Below, piece by piece: positions 26,490 to 35,968 of a DNA stretch of 64,000 nt. The notes beneath the pieces are model-generated. The model did not search any database and was not told where the DNA came from. It worked only from the letters and a program-made list of their open reading frames with translations. The position numbers were made by a program, and so were the translations under genes. The stretch spans positions 1 through 64,000 of IMG/VR virus record IMGVR_UViG_3300032331_003609. One strand, written 5' to 3'. The number at the start of each line of letters is the position of its first letter. Position 1 is the stretch's first letter.

Positions 26490-29069
26490 ATGAAGAAATT
26501 ACTAACAGTTTTATTATTATTGGTATCTTTTTTGGGGTTTGGACAGGGCGTATCTGCACCAGACCCTAAATCATTTACTGCTAGTACTAGCGGTCAAGAT
26601 GCTAGCGGATTTGAATTAACAGGATTTAGTGCAACATCAACTTTACTTACATCAATCAGTTTAGTTAATCCACCTTCCGGTACAACATTCTCTTTAGGAA
26701 CAATAACAGGTTTAACTGCTGCAAGTGGATTTACTTTAACGGGTAATAAAACTCGTTTAGTAGTAACTGGAACAATGGCTAGTATCAATACGGCATTAGC
26801 ATCATTAAAGATAAACACAGGAACAATAACGGGAGATATTAATATTTCAGTAGCAGCAACTGTAAACCCAACGGGATATTATTTTAATGGTGTAAACGGA
26901 CACTTTTATAAACCCGTATCAACCGGAGCATATTACACAGTAGCTAGAGATGCAGCATTAGCAACAACATTCAAAGGACAGAAGGGATATTTGGTAACAA
27001 TTACTTCTGCAGATGAAGATGCATTTATTTATAATAATGTACCTCAATCAAATATTTGGTTTGCATTAACCGATGAAGTAAGTGAAGCTAGATGGATAAT
27101 AGATGCTGGACCTGAAAAAGGAACTCTGATTAAAATAAATAACGGACAAACAAACGGAAACATTCCTGGTCAATATAACAACTGGGCAGGTGGTGAACCA
27201 AACAATAGTGGTAACGAAGATTATGCAGTAACTAAATGGGGTGGTGGTACTCAATGGAATGATTTACCAAATAACTTTAGTTGTGCTTATGTGATTGAAT
27301 ATGGAACTTGGAGTAATCCTGATGATGCAACATTTACTGAATTTTACACCAATTCAGTTGCACATTCAAACGGGGAAACTATTAAGGCACTATTTGGATT
27401 TAAGTTTAATAGTTCAATTGATAAAACAAAATTTTTAGCACAAATATTCAAAAGAAATGATTCATATTCAAGCTGGACAGCAGCTGATGGTTATAAATCA
27501 TTAAGCGGATTAGGTAAGGTGTATCTTTCAAATCAAATAGACACCTCAAAAGTTTTCTCGTCGGGTATTCCGTTATCAGGAGTAAGCGATATGACACAAT
27601 TTACTACTGCCGATATTGGTAAGATTTATAGAATAACTATAACCGGTGCAAATGGCGGCGGGTGGGGAACTGACATTTATACAAATGACTCGAATATTCC
27701 AGGTATGGCGGTTCATGCAGGTATTGTGGCAATCGGACAAACAAAAGAAGTTTATATTAAAGTAGTTGAGGGCCAAACAAATTATCCGGGCACAACTCGG
27801 AATGGTATATCAACATCTGATTGGGGAGGCTGGGATTTGAGTTATCAATTTGTATCTGCCCCAACATCATACAAAGCAACGGCATCACCCGGACAAGTTG
27901 AATGGTGTGCAATTAGTAAAAATTTAAACAACGGTAAAACTAGAATTCTAATTGACATGAGACAGATAGGAACTCTGGATCCTACTAAAATATCTAATTT
28001 AAAATTATTAGATGTTTATGACGGAGTGATATCTTATGTTTCCAATGACGCAACATGGGGACAATATGATATACCTTATGATATTAGTACTAAAATATTA
28101 ACATCAGCATATCCTAATAATTTTAGAGGATATAGCGGATACTACGGGGTTAGTATTGATTTTGCATTCACACAACAAGGTGCATTCAAACAGCACAAAA
28201 TGGAATTACAAGAGTATGATGCAACCCAATTAAAAGCTTTATATAATAGTATCGTAACTGTGTCCGATGTTTATTTAGCATTTAAGGAGTTAGCAAACGG
28301 TGGAATATTTGGAAATCAAACAGGTAATGAATTCACATACGGTATTCAATATAAAAACTCGGATGTTAACGAAGATGGTGTATTCAACGAGGCGGATTGT
28401 TTTGCACTATTACAAAACTTAACAGGAGCAAAAGATCTAGTAACATCATACACGTTAGATAATACTGTTAGATTGATTCCTGATTCAATTTATAATTTGA
28501 TTGGTAAATCTACTTGGAGTTCATTTCAAGATTTTAGAGGAAAGACATATAATTTTAGCTTAATGGATAACGTGTTAAGCTATAACTATGATCTGGCGGT
28601 TAGTTGGAAAGGCGATGTTAACCTGTCACATTCTGCAACACCTCCATCGAATAACGTAACAACAATGTCAATCAGAACAGCAAGTGCTGCGATACTAAAT
28701 GAAATGAGCGCTGCTATTATGACTGAAGTAATTGGAGATAGCGTTTATGCTTATATTACTATCGATCCTTTACAGCAAAATGTAGTTGGAACACAATTTC
28801 AACTAAATTATGATAATTCAATGTTAAAATTCAATAATGTAACATTTAAAACTAAAGGTTCACCTATGAACTATGGCAATGATAAAGGTTCATATATTAA
28901 TTTAGGATCTTTAATTAGTGATGGAACAACATCTTTAGATAACACAACAGAGTATAAAATATCATTTACAGCAAAAAGTAAATTGGATAACGTATTTGGT
29001 TTAATCTCTATCGGAACAACCGATGCAGTAAATAAATCTGGGATACAATTAAAAGTTAAATTAAACTAA
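26490..29069 (+). CDS. exported multidomain adhesin: C-type lectin + LCCL + dockerin + cohesin
   Basis: WAGGEPNNSGNEDY...WNDLP (C-type lectin); WGTDIYTNDSNIPGMAVHAG...RNGISTSDWG (LCCL); DVNEDGVFNEAD (dockerin); VVGTQFQLNYDNSML (cohesin). Confidence 0.8.
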   Translation: MKKLLTVLLLLVSFLGFGQGVSAPDPKSFTASTSGQDASGFELTGFSATSTLLTSISLVNPPSGTTFSLGTITGLTAASGFTLTGNKTRLVVTGTMASINTALASLKINTGTITGDINISVAATVNPTGYYFNGVNGHFYKPVSTGAYYTVARDAALATTFKGQKGYLVTITSADEDAFIYNNVPQSNIWFALTDEVSEARWIIDAGPEKGTLIKINNGQTNGNIPGQYNNWAGGEPNNSGNEDYAVTKWGGGTQWNDLPNNFSCAYVIEYGTWSNPDDATFTEFYTNSVAHSNGETIKALFGFKFNSSIDKTKFLAQIFKRNDSYSSWTAADGYKSLSGLGKVYLSNQIDTSKVFSSGIPLSGVSDMTQFTTADIGKIYRITITGANGGGWGTDIYTNDSNIPGMAVHAGIVAIGQTKEVYIKVVEGQTNYPGTTRNGISTSDWGGWDLSYQFVSAPTSYKATASPGQVEWCAISKNLNNGKTRILIDMRQIGTLDPTKISNLKLLDVYDGVISYVSNDATWGQYDIPYDISTKILTSAYPNNFRGYSGYYGVSIDFAFTQQGAFKQHKMELQEYDATQLKALYNSIVTVSDVYLAFKELANGGIFGNQTGNEFTYGIQYKNSDVNEDGVFNEADCFALLQNLTGAKDLVTSYTLDNTVRLIPDSIYNLIGKSTWSSFQDFRGKTYNFSLMDNVLSYNYDLAVSWKGDVNLSHSATPPSNNVTTMSIRTASAAILNEMSAAIMTEVIGDSVYAYITIDPLQQNVVGTQFQLNYDNSMLKFNNVTFKTKGSPMNYGNDKGSYINLGSLISDGTTSLDNTTEYKISFTAKSKLDNVFGLISIGTTDAVNKSGIQLKVKLN

Positions 29070-29962
29070 TGAAAAAACTATTATTAATTCTGTCACTAAT
29101 TTTGACAACATTTATGGCAAATGCACAGATACAAAAACCTGATACTTTACAATTATCACCAAAAGAATTATTTGGAGCAAGTAGTGATTGGAACAATTTG
29201 GGTATTTTACAATCATATGTTGATTTTTCAAAAGATGTTTTATCATCTTCAAACTTATCTGTTGGTATAATTGGAAAACAGGTATCTACCACTTTAAATT
29301 TAGGATATAGTAAGTCATCAGCGAATGGAAGGTGGAGTCATTCATTTGCGTCATCAATAAATCCAGTATGGAAGTATTATGGTGTTGGTTATGGTTTCAG
29401 TAGAAATACGGATAGGAGGACTACTACAATACAATCATTTTATTCAACGGATTTTGATTTTCAAAAAGATATAACATTATCATTTATAGATGTATTCAGA
29501 ACTAAAAAGTTTGGAACATTTGGATATAGTTTAATTGCGTCAAAATCGTTTTGGGGACCATATGAAGGTGAGTGGGGAGGAAAATACACGGTAGATGCTA
29601 ATGGTAACTTTTTGGATTTAATATACCCGATGAATCCACCATCGTCTCAAATAACTTACAAAGGTATGGCAATGTACACATATACATTGAAAACAAAGAG
29701 GGTTAATATATCACCACAAGTATTTGTTATGAGTGACATCTACAAGGTATTTAAAGATGGTACTACATCGGATTTAGCATATGTAGATGATTTCAATTTA
29801 GACTTATATTATGGTACATCATTGGATTGGAAAATAACTAAAAGATTTATTTTGAATACTAATATTAGATTTAATAAAACCTGGGATAAACTAAGTGAGT
29901 CGGTTGGTTATAAAAAAAGTAATCCAATAATGTTTATGATAGGAACAAACTTTCAATTTTAA
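29069..29962 (+). CDS. putative outer-membrane beta-barrel protein
   Basis: Signal peptide, alternating amphipathic strands, terminal GTNFQF. Confidence 0.65.
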   Translation: MKKLLLILSLILTTFMANAQIQKPDTLQLSPKELFGASSDWNNLGILQSYVDFSKDVLSSSNLSVGIIGKQVSTTLNLGYSKSSANGRWSHSFASSINPVWKYYGVGYGFSRNTDRRTTTIQSFYSTDFDFQKDITLSFIDVFRTKKFGTFGYSLIASKSFWGPYEGEWGGKYTVDANGNFLDLIYPMNPPSSQITYKGMAMYTYTLKTKRVNISPQVFVMSDIYKVFKDGTTSDLAYVDDFNLDLYYGTSLDWKITKRFILNTNIRFNKTWDKLSESVGYKKSNPIMFMIGTNFQF

Positions 29963-29965
29963 AAT

Positions 29966-30310
29966 ATGAAACGTATTAAAATTATATTATTGTGTTTCGT
30001 GGTGTCGTGTACAAAACCCGATTTACAGGTTCCTGCTATTGCAACCGACAAAGAATTTTTTACTGTGCCCGAAAATACGGTAAAAAATGGGGACGTTATT
30101 AAATTTAATTTAACATCTGCTGGAATGTATACCTTGACAATGACGGACGCAGTCCAAAATCAAGTGGTTTCTAGAGAAAGATTTACCGGTAAGATTGGTT
30201 TAAATTCGCTTAAAATATACACAAACTCTCTTTCAACAAAATACCTAAATGTTGAACTAAAGGATCAAAATAACAACCAAATAGGTAAAACAAAAATAAT
30301 AATAAATTAA
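29966..30310 (+). CDS. lipoprotein, Ig-like (T9SS CTD-like fold)
   Basis: VVSC lipobox; GMYTLT...LKIYTNSL...KTKIII. Confidence 0.6.
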   Translation: MKRIKIILLCFVVSCTKPDLQVPAIATDKEFFTVPENTVKNGDVIKFNLTSAGMYTLTMTDAVQNQVVSRERFTGKIGLNSLKIYTNSLSTKYLNVELKDQNNNQIGKTKIIIN

Positions 30311-30311
30311 A

Positions 30312-30686
30312 ATGAAAAAATTATCTTTCCTAATTCTAAGCTTAATAGTACTTAATAGTTGTACTAAGCATGATCTTCCTGAGCCAATTTCTCAGCAAAT
30401 GGATCCAAATCTTAAAATGTCTTCTTCTTTCGGAATTAAATTACAAAATTCTTTTGTTACGAGCGAGGTGTCTATGAATGTCAAAACCGAATCAGCACAG
30501 ACCGTAACTATTAAAATATATGATATTTCTAATAGAGTTGTTTCTAAGTCAACAAGTGAAGTTAAGTCTGGCGATAATCTTTTAAACGTATACACATCAG
30601 CTCTTCCATCTTCAGCATACAGAATCGCTCTTTATGATAGTAATAATAATCTATTAGGAATAACTGATTTTAATAAAATAAACTAG
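30312..30686 (+). CDS. lipoprotein, T9SS C-terminal sorting domain-like
   Basis: LNSC lipobox; VTIKIYDISNRVVS...LPSSAYRIALYD...F.K. Confidence 0.6.
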   Translation: MKKLSFLILSLIVLNSCTKHDLPEPISQQMDPNLKMSSSFGIKLQNSFVTSEVSMNVKTESAQTVTIKIYDISNRVVSKSTSEVKSGDNLLNVYTSALPSSAYRIALYDSNNNLLGITDFNKIN

Positions 30687-30731
30687 GAGTAGTATAATCT
30701 TTAAAAAATATTTGGTGAGGAAAAAAATCAG

Positions 30732-32258
30732 ATGAAGAAATTGTTGGTGTTATTTTTATTGGTGATAGCTTCAAAAGTAAATGGTCAGGTATTTACTCAA
30801 ACGTATGTTGATAAATGTACAGGAGAAATTAAACTGGTTGTATCTACTCCATTGCCAAATGGGGGTGTAATGATTGCTTTTTACAATCAGATAAAGACAT
30901 TTGATGTATCTCAGGTAAATAACGGAACTGTTCAAAAATGGTTAAACGATGTTTATCAAGACTATAGTACAAGACCATGCCCAGTAAGTACCGTTGTTAC
31001 ACAAACTGTTCAACAAACAGTTTCTCAAGCTGCAGCTGCGGCAGCAGCTTCAGCAGCAGCTTCAGCAGCTTCAGCAGCAGCTTCTTCTGCAGCAAGTGGT
31101 GCAGCATCATCTGCAGCAAGCTCAGCAGCTAGCGGAGCAGCTAGCGGAGCAGCATCATCTGCAGCATCGGGAGCAGCAAGTGGTGCGGCAAGCGGAGCAG
31201 CATCGGGAGCAGCAAGTGGTGCAGCAACAGGGGGTGCTAGTTCTCCGCCTCCTGCATCAAGTGGCGGATCATCTGGGGGTGGTTCTTCGTCAGGTGGTAG
31301 TTCTTCAGGGGGTAGTTCTTCATCTTCAGAAAGTAAAAGTAGTGGTGGATCTACGGAACAAAAATCCGAATCTAAGGCAGAAACTAAATCAGAATCAAAA
31401 TCGGAAAGTAAATCCGAAAGCAAAACCGAAGAAAAGAAAGAGGAAAGTAAATCTGAAACAAAAAAAGAAGAAAAAAAGGAGGAAAGCAAATCAGAAGAAA
31501 AAAAGAAAGAGGAAAGTAAGAAAGAAGAAGAGAAAAAGAAAGAAGAGGATAAGAAAAAAGAGGAAGAGAAAAAGAAAGAAGAAGAGAAAAAGAAAAAGCA
31601 ATCTATCAGTAATCCTACTTTAGTTGCTTCTGATGTTGCAATAACAGAAGCTAAAGATGGAAAATATGCCGCAATGATTTCTACTGGTATAAGCAAATCT
31701 TCTATGACAGGAACAGAAAGTTGGGGATTAACATCTATGATATGGACAACCTTCGATCAATTTGCTTTAAATGGTGGATATACTAAAATGAATTTTAAGC
31801 AGGGTAAATTAAAAGATATTGACTCATATTCAATTACTGCAGCATATTTGCAAGGAAATCTAATGATTATGCAGGGTTACACGTTTATTAAGCCTGATCC
31901 AAAAATAGGAACATATGGATATAATATAGGTGTCGTAAGTTTATTATTAAAAAATGGTAATAGTTATGATTATTCAGCATCTGTGTCTGCTATTGGATTC
32001 TGGACAAAGATTTATCCATTAAATAAGAAATCATCTTTGGCCCCTCAGGTTTTTATAACAAGTTCCCCAATTTCTTGGAATCCTTCAACCAATCAAACTC
32101 TTGTTAATAGACAGTATGGATTTATGACTGGATTCTCTTACGATTTTAAATTGACTGGAAGATTCGGTCTTAACTTCAATTATAAGTTTTCTGGATCTAC
32201 TCAACCAGAAACCCCAATATTGCACAATTTTATGATAGGATCGAGAATTATGCTATAA
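30732..32258 (+). CDS. exported protein with Ala/Ser/Gly and Glu/Lys low-complexity linker and C-terminal beta-barrel
   Basis: Signal peptide; AASSAASGA and KKEEEK repeats; amphipathic strands in the last ~210 aa. Confidence 0.7.
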   Translation: MKKLLVLFLLVIASKVNGQVFTQTYVDKCTGEIKLVVSTPLPNGGVMIAFYNQIKTFDVSQVNNGTVQKWLNDVYQDYSTRPCPVSTVVTQTVQQTVSQAAAAAAASAAASAASAAASSAASGAASSAASSAASGAASGAASSAASGAASGAASGAASGAASGAATGGASSPPPASSGGSSGGGSSSGGSSSGGSSSSSESKSSGGSTEQKSESKAETKSESKSESKSESKTEEKKEESKSETKKEEKKEESKSEEKKKEESKKEEEKKKEEDKKKEEEKKKEEEKKKKQSISNPTLVASDVAITEAKDGKYAAMISTGISKSSMTGTESWGLTSMIWTTFDQFALNGGYTKMNFKQGKLKDIDSYSITAAYLQGNLMIMQGYTFIKPDPKIGTYGYNIGVVSLLLKNGNSYDYSASVSAIGFWTKIYPLNKKSSLAPQVFITSSPISWNPSTNQTLVNRQYGFMTGFSYDFKLTGRFGLNFNYKFSGSTQPETPILHNFMIGSRIML

Positions 32259-32278
32259 AAAAAAGATATATAAAGTTG

Positions 32279-32396
32279 AAAAAAATCCTCATTCCGTTCG
32301 AAAGAAATTTACGTTTCTTCGTTCACTTTTTCAAATTTGATGGCTTAATGCCTGAAACTTACATGAAAAGTGAATTTCAAGTTTGAGTATTTTTTT
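32279..32396 (+). ncRNA. structured RNA leader / sRNA, copy 2
   Basis: Same 5-prime AAAAAATCCTCATTCCGT as copy 1; pairs with GAGTATTTTTTT; inner hairpins CGAAAGAAA/TTTCTTCG and TTCACTTTT/AAAAGTGAA. Confidence 0.55.
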
Positions 32397-32432
32397 CTAG
32401 TAGCTAAAACTAGAATATAAAAATAAAACAAA

Positions 32433-32744
32433 ATGAGCGAAGAAACACAAAACGACGGATCCTGGTCAGGTTTAAAAAAGACAATCGTAGGAGTATTAGG
32501 AACTGTAGTAACAGCAGGAGGAGTATTTTTAACTACTCTATTAGGCGGGGGAGATAAAGAAGCAGCACAGCCTGCTGCAGCACCCGTAATCAACATTACA
32601 AATTCAAATCAACAACAATCTGCAGGTAAAACCGTGATTATTCAAGGCGGAGGTAATGCAGGAGCAGCTAAACCCGCTGCACCAGCACCAAAGCCAAAGA
32701 AGAAAGAAGGTGACGAATTTAAAGAGGAAGCACCAAAATGGTAA
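32433..32744 (+). CDS. single-TM protein with Pro/Ala-rich tail
   Basis: IVGVLGTVVTAGGVFLTTLL. Confidence 0.7.
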   Translation: MSEETQNDGSWSGLKKTIVGVLGTVVTAGGVFLTTLLGGGDKEAAQPAAAPVINITNSNQQQSAGKTVIIQGGGNAGAAKPAAPAPKPKKKEGDEFKEEAPKW

Positions 32745-32842
32745 TAACCGGATATCAAATAGGTACCGTATTATTTTTTATGGTACTGATTGGATGGGTG
32801 ATTAATTGGAGTACAAAAATAAAGAACAAGAAAGATGAGTAA
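32738..32842 (+). CDS. small TM peptide (34 aa)
   Basis: Translated by hand: MVITGYQIGTVLFFMVLIGWVINWSTKIKNKKDE; overlaps both neighbours. Confidence 0.45.
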   Translation: MVITGYQIGTVLFFMVLIGWVINWSTKIKNKKDE

Positions 32843-33401
32843 ACAAGAAACACCAAGCGGATTTAAAGACCTATTAAATGCAATGATGACACGTAGATGG
32901 TACATCACTGCATTAGTATTGGGAGGATTCATGTTAATAATAGCAGGAATGTTTGCAGCTATAGGGGTAGGTACAAAAATGGCAGGAGAATGGAAAGAAC
33001 TTCTTCTATTATTACTAGGAGCTTTCATCGGCTCTTATGGTAAAATTATTGACTACTGGTTTTCTGATACTGATAAAGATAAAATGCTAGTTCAGAAAAT
33101 GGACGAGGAGGATGGTACTACTTTATCTCACACTAATGATATGAAGGAAACAAATAAGCCATATGCCCCAACCATTCCTGATGCATTTATTGTGGGAGCA
33201 CAAGCTGCTAGAGAATTAGCTGTAGTAGAAAATAATCAAAATTTTGAACTAGTTAAAGATCAACAAGAGCATGAGCAAGAAATGGAAAAGCTTGAATATG
33301 AATCACACAGACAATGCGAGCATGAGTGGGGTGATTCAGATCATGACGGACACGAAGAATGTCAAAAATGCGGATTATTAAGAGAAAATTTCGAGGGATA
33401 A
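32835..33401 (+). CDS. two-TM membrane protein with coiled coil and C-terminal Cys/His cluster
   Basis: Two hydrophobic helices; CEHEW..SDHDGHEECQKCG. Confidence 0.7.
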   Translation: MSKQETPSGFKDLLNAMMTRRWYITALVLGGFMLIIAGMFAAIGVGTKMAGEWKELLLLLLGAFIGSYGKIIDYWFSDTDKDKMLVQKMDEEDGTTLSHTNDMKETNKPYAPTIPDAFIVGAQAARELAVVENNQNFELVKDQQEHEQEMEKLEYESHRQCEHEWGDSDHDGHEECQKCGLLRENFEG

Positions 33402-33427
33402 TCCCAACAATAATATAAAAAAACAAC

Positions 33428-33688
33428 ATGACTTTTAAAGAATGGATTATTGATTTATTCAAAGACGAAAGAGGTGCAATATCAGTTAAACCTGTAATTG
33501 CATTCATCGGAGCATTATTCCTTTGCGGAACTATGCTAGCAAATTCCTTTACAGAAGAGCATTTTAAACCAGCTAATGAATTGGTAAATGCTGTAATGGT
33601 TATAACAGCAATTGGCATGGGTGCTGATACCTTAGATAAATTTACTAAGAAAGCACCTGCTGATAAAAAAGAAGAAGAAGAAGCTTAA
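33428..33688 (+). CDS. small two-TM protein (holin-like)
   Basis: Two hydrophobic segments and a charged C-terminus. Confidence 0.6.
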   Translation: MTFKEWIIDLFKDERGAISVKPVIAFIGALFLCGTMLANSFTEEHFKPANELVNAVMVITAIGMGADTLDKFTKKAPADKKEEEEA

Positions 33689-33694
33689 AGTCGA

Positions 33695-33717
33695 GGAACG
33701 GGTTAATCTCCCGTTCC
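33695..33717 (+). terminator. hairpin, possible terminator or processing site
   Basis: GGAACGGG/CCCGTTCC 8-bp stem; weak U-tail. Confidence 0.4.
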
Positions 33718-33748
33718 CTTCAAATATAAATAAAACACGACAACCCCC

Positions 33749-33982
33749 ATGAAAAAAAGATTAACACAAGCAAGCGAATTTCTGTTTCACGTCTATCTAA
33801 GACTTTGTATATGCTGGATAGTTCTAGCATTAGGAACTCAACTATTTTTTGTTTATTTAATGGTCTCTAATCAAGAAGAAAGAGCTGCAGGATACGCAAA
33901 CGAATTTGAATGGAAATTTGACGGAACATTCAAAGACTATCCTGGTAACATTATGTATGAAGAGCCAGTAGCTAAAAAGTAA
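33749..33982 (+). CDS. membrane hypothetical protein
   Basis: Hydrophobic N-terminal half. Confidence 0.6.
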   Translation: MKKRLTQASEFLFHVYLRLCICWIVLALGTQLFFVYLMVSNQEERAAGYANEFEWKFDGTFKDYPGNIMYEEPVAKK

Positions 33983-33985
33983 ATC

Positions 33986-34222
33986 ATGAAAATATTTGAC
34001 GTCATTGATGTTCCGCAACCAGAAGACTGTAAGAAATGCACACCGTGCCTACGTTTAAGAATGATGGAAATGGGATTTATATCAGGGCAAAGAATAGAAA
34101 TAAGTGATAAAAAATTAGGTCTATGGTTGGTTAACATTTTATCCGATAATGATAGTGTTGATTCAACCATAGCTTTAAGACAAGAAGAATTAGATAGAAT
34201 ATGTTTAAAAGAAATAGAATGA
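33986..34222 (+). CDS. feoA: FeoA-domain (SH3-like) protein
   Basis: LRLRMMEMGFISGQRIEI...IALRQEE matches the FeoA LxxMGxxxG...ALRxxE pattern. Confidence 0.7.
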   Translation: MKIFDVIDVPQPEDCKKCTPCLRLRMMEMGFISGQRIEISDKKLGLWLVNILSDNDSVDSTIALRQEELDRICLKEIE

Positions 34223-34956
34223 AAAAGCAGATATACAACATCACAATATTGACAATCATTTTTATGATTGGATTTGTTTTGACCACAGAGGCTCAAACGA
34301 TAGGCAGAACAAAAACCGAAGACTTCAAGGCAGATTTTGAAAAGAAGAAAGACATATCTGCTTATCTTGATTATGATGGTCCAAAGAAAAATATCCAATT
34401 ACTTAAATGTGGTATTAATGACGAAACCTATGAGGCATATCCTGAATTAAAAGAAAAGAGAGTAGGTCTCGGTGTTACTAATATAGTATTGGAATATCTT
34501 GATAATCTTAATCGATTTGAATTCACTGAGGATAAAACTGAGATTAAGAATAGAATGGTTAAGCAATTCCAAGCTTCTCAGTCAGGAATTTCGGAAAACA
34601 AATTAGACGGAAGAGGAAAGATAAAATTAGCTCACTATTTTGTTGAGATTGAGGTTTATGATTACTCTGTGTCTGAAGACGAGTCTATAAGCTTAAAAGA
34701 TGGTATTAAAGACAATTTAGTAACTAGACTAGGACTTCAAGTTAGATTTACTAATGCTGAGACTGGAGCGATCATAGCAGCATCAGGTTTGGGAGAAGCT
34801 AAGACAACAAGGGAATTAAGTTTAGTTGCAGATGCTTCGCTTGATCCTATTAAATTTAATCAATCAACTATAAGTACATCAACAAAAAAAGCATTAGATA
34901 TAGCATGTGCAAATATTCTTGACAAAATGATTAAAAAGGGAGTATTCCCAAAATAA
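34219..34956 (+). CDS. CsgG/HfaB family curli-secretion-channel-like protein
   Basis: Signal peptide; GLGVTNIVLEYL...RFEFTE, GLQVRFTNAETGAIIAA, STSTKKAL. Confidence 0.75.
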   Translation: MKKQIYNITILTIIFMIGFVLTTEAQTIGRTKTEDFKADFEKKKDISAYLDYDGPKKNIQLLKCGINDETYEAYPELKEKRVGLGVTNIVLEYLDNLNRFEFTEDKTEIKNRMVKQFQASQSGISENKLDGRGKIKLAHYFVEIEVYDYSVSEDESISLKDGIKDNLVTRLGLQVRFTNAETGAIIAASGLGEAKTTRELSLVADASLDPIKFNQSTISTSTKKALDIACANILDKMIKKGVFPK

Positions 34957-35003
34957 GTATAGACTTAAAACCTATACTTTAGTTACACGACCTAAAGTAT
35001 AAA

Positions 35004-35651
35004 ATGAATTTAAAACACGACAATTCCACATCAAGCATCATAGTAGTGGTGCTATTCTTAGTAATTTCCCAGTTCTTGTATAGCTGTAAGAATAATAGCT
35101 CACCAAGAAAAATATCAGGCAAAGAAAGGGATTCGATTGGAAAAATATCTTCGGATACAGCATTTATACACGACACCCTATATGTCGATGTTCCATTTCC
35201 ATTCCAAGTTTTAAAAGACACTATAATTTACAGAGATATTCCTGCTGTTGTTGATACGATGGCAATATTAAGCATTTATAATGCAAAAAAAGTTAAGATC
35301 GATACTCTTAAAATTGATTACGGGTATATTACAGTCACTGATACTATATCAGGAGGTGATATTATTTCTAGAAAATACCTTTCTAAGATTAAAGTACCGG
35401 TTAAAGAGAAAATTCAAAAGATAAAAGAAGAACCTAGGGGTAATCTATATTTGGGTCTGAATGGGGGTTTAGATAAACCTAATTATGTTTATTCCCTGGG
35501 AACTTCTTTTCTATATAAAACACCGCAAGATAAGATTTTTGAGCTTGGGTTTGGTGTTTGGAATAAGACAGCAAATGGAATAGATGGTGAATTTGTTCCG
35601 TATATAAAAGGTGGTGTTTATTGGAAGATCAACCTTAAAGGTAAGAAATAA
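35004..35651 (+). CDS. lipoprotein with DTxx beta-rich stalk and C-terminal beta-strands (spanin-like or OMP)
   Basis: LYSC lipobox; DTLYV, DTIIY, DTLKI repeats; YLGLNGG...GGVYWKI. Confidence 0.6.
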   Translation: MNLKHDNSTSSIIVVVLFLVISQFLYSCKNNSSPRKISGKERDSIGKISSDTAFIHDTLYVDVPFPFQVLKDTIIYRDIPAVVDTMAILSIYNAKKVKIDTLKIDYGYITVTDTISGGDIISRKYLSKIKVPVKEKIQKIKEEPRGNLYLGLNGGLDKPNYVYSLGTSFLYKTPQDKIFELGFGVWNKTANGIDGEFVPYIKGGVYWKINLKGKK

Positions 35652-35695
35652 CTTAGCCTACTTATGTCGAATTATTTCCATGATATTGATCTATA

Positions 35696-35959
35696 ATGAT
35701 TAAAAAATGTATGGAAATTAAATCAAGTCCTCAGCATTGCACAATAGTTTTTGATTTTAAAATTGGTGATAATGATTTTATTGTTTCCCTTTATCAAGAC
35801 TTAACCACGAACGATAAGGTCGTGAACGTGCTAAATACCGACGGAAGTAGCGTCGATGATGCAAATCTCTGCGATCTTATTGTTAAATATGCTATAGATA
35901 AATATAGTATTACGTACGATCCTGGAACCGATGATAATTCCTTAGATCCTGTAATTTAA
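35696..35959 (+). CDS. hypothetical protein
   Basis: ORF. Confidence 0.55.
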   Translation: MIKKCMEIKSSPQHCTIVFDFKIGDNDFIVSLYQDLTTNDKVVNVLNTDGSSVDDANLCDLIVKYAIDKYSITYDPGTDDNSLDPVI

Positions 35960-35968
35960 TGTTAATCT

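Noticed and set aside
30994-31696. Long alternative-frame and antisense ORFs (209 aa, 223 aa)
   Set aside because: Shadows of the low-complexity Ala/Ser/Glu/Lys linker of the 508-aa gene
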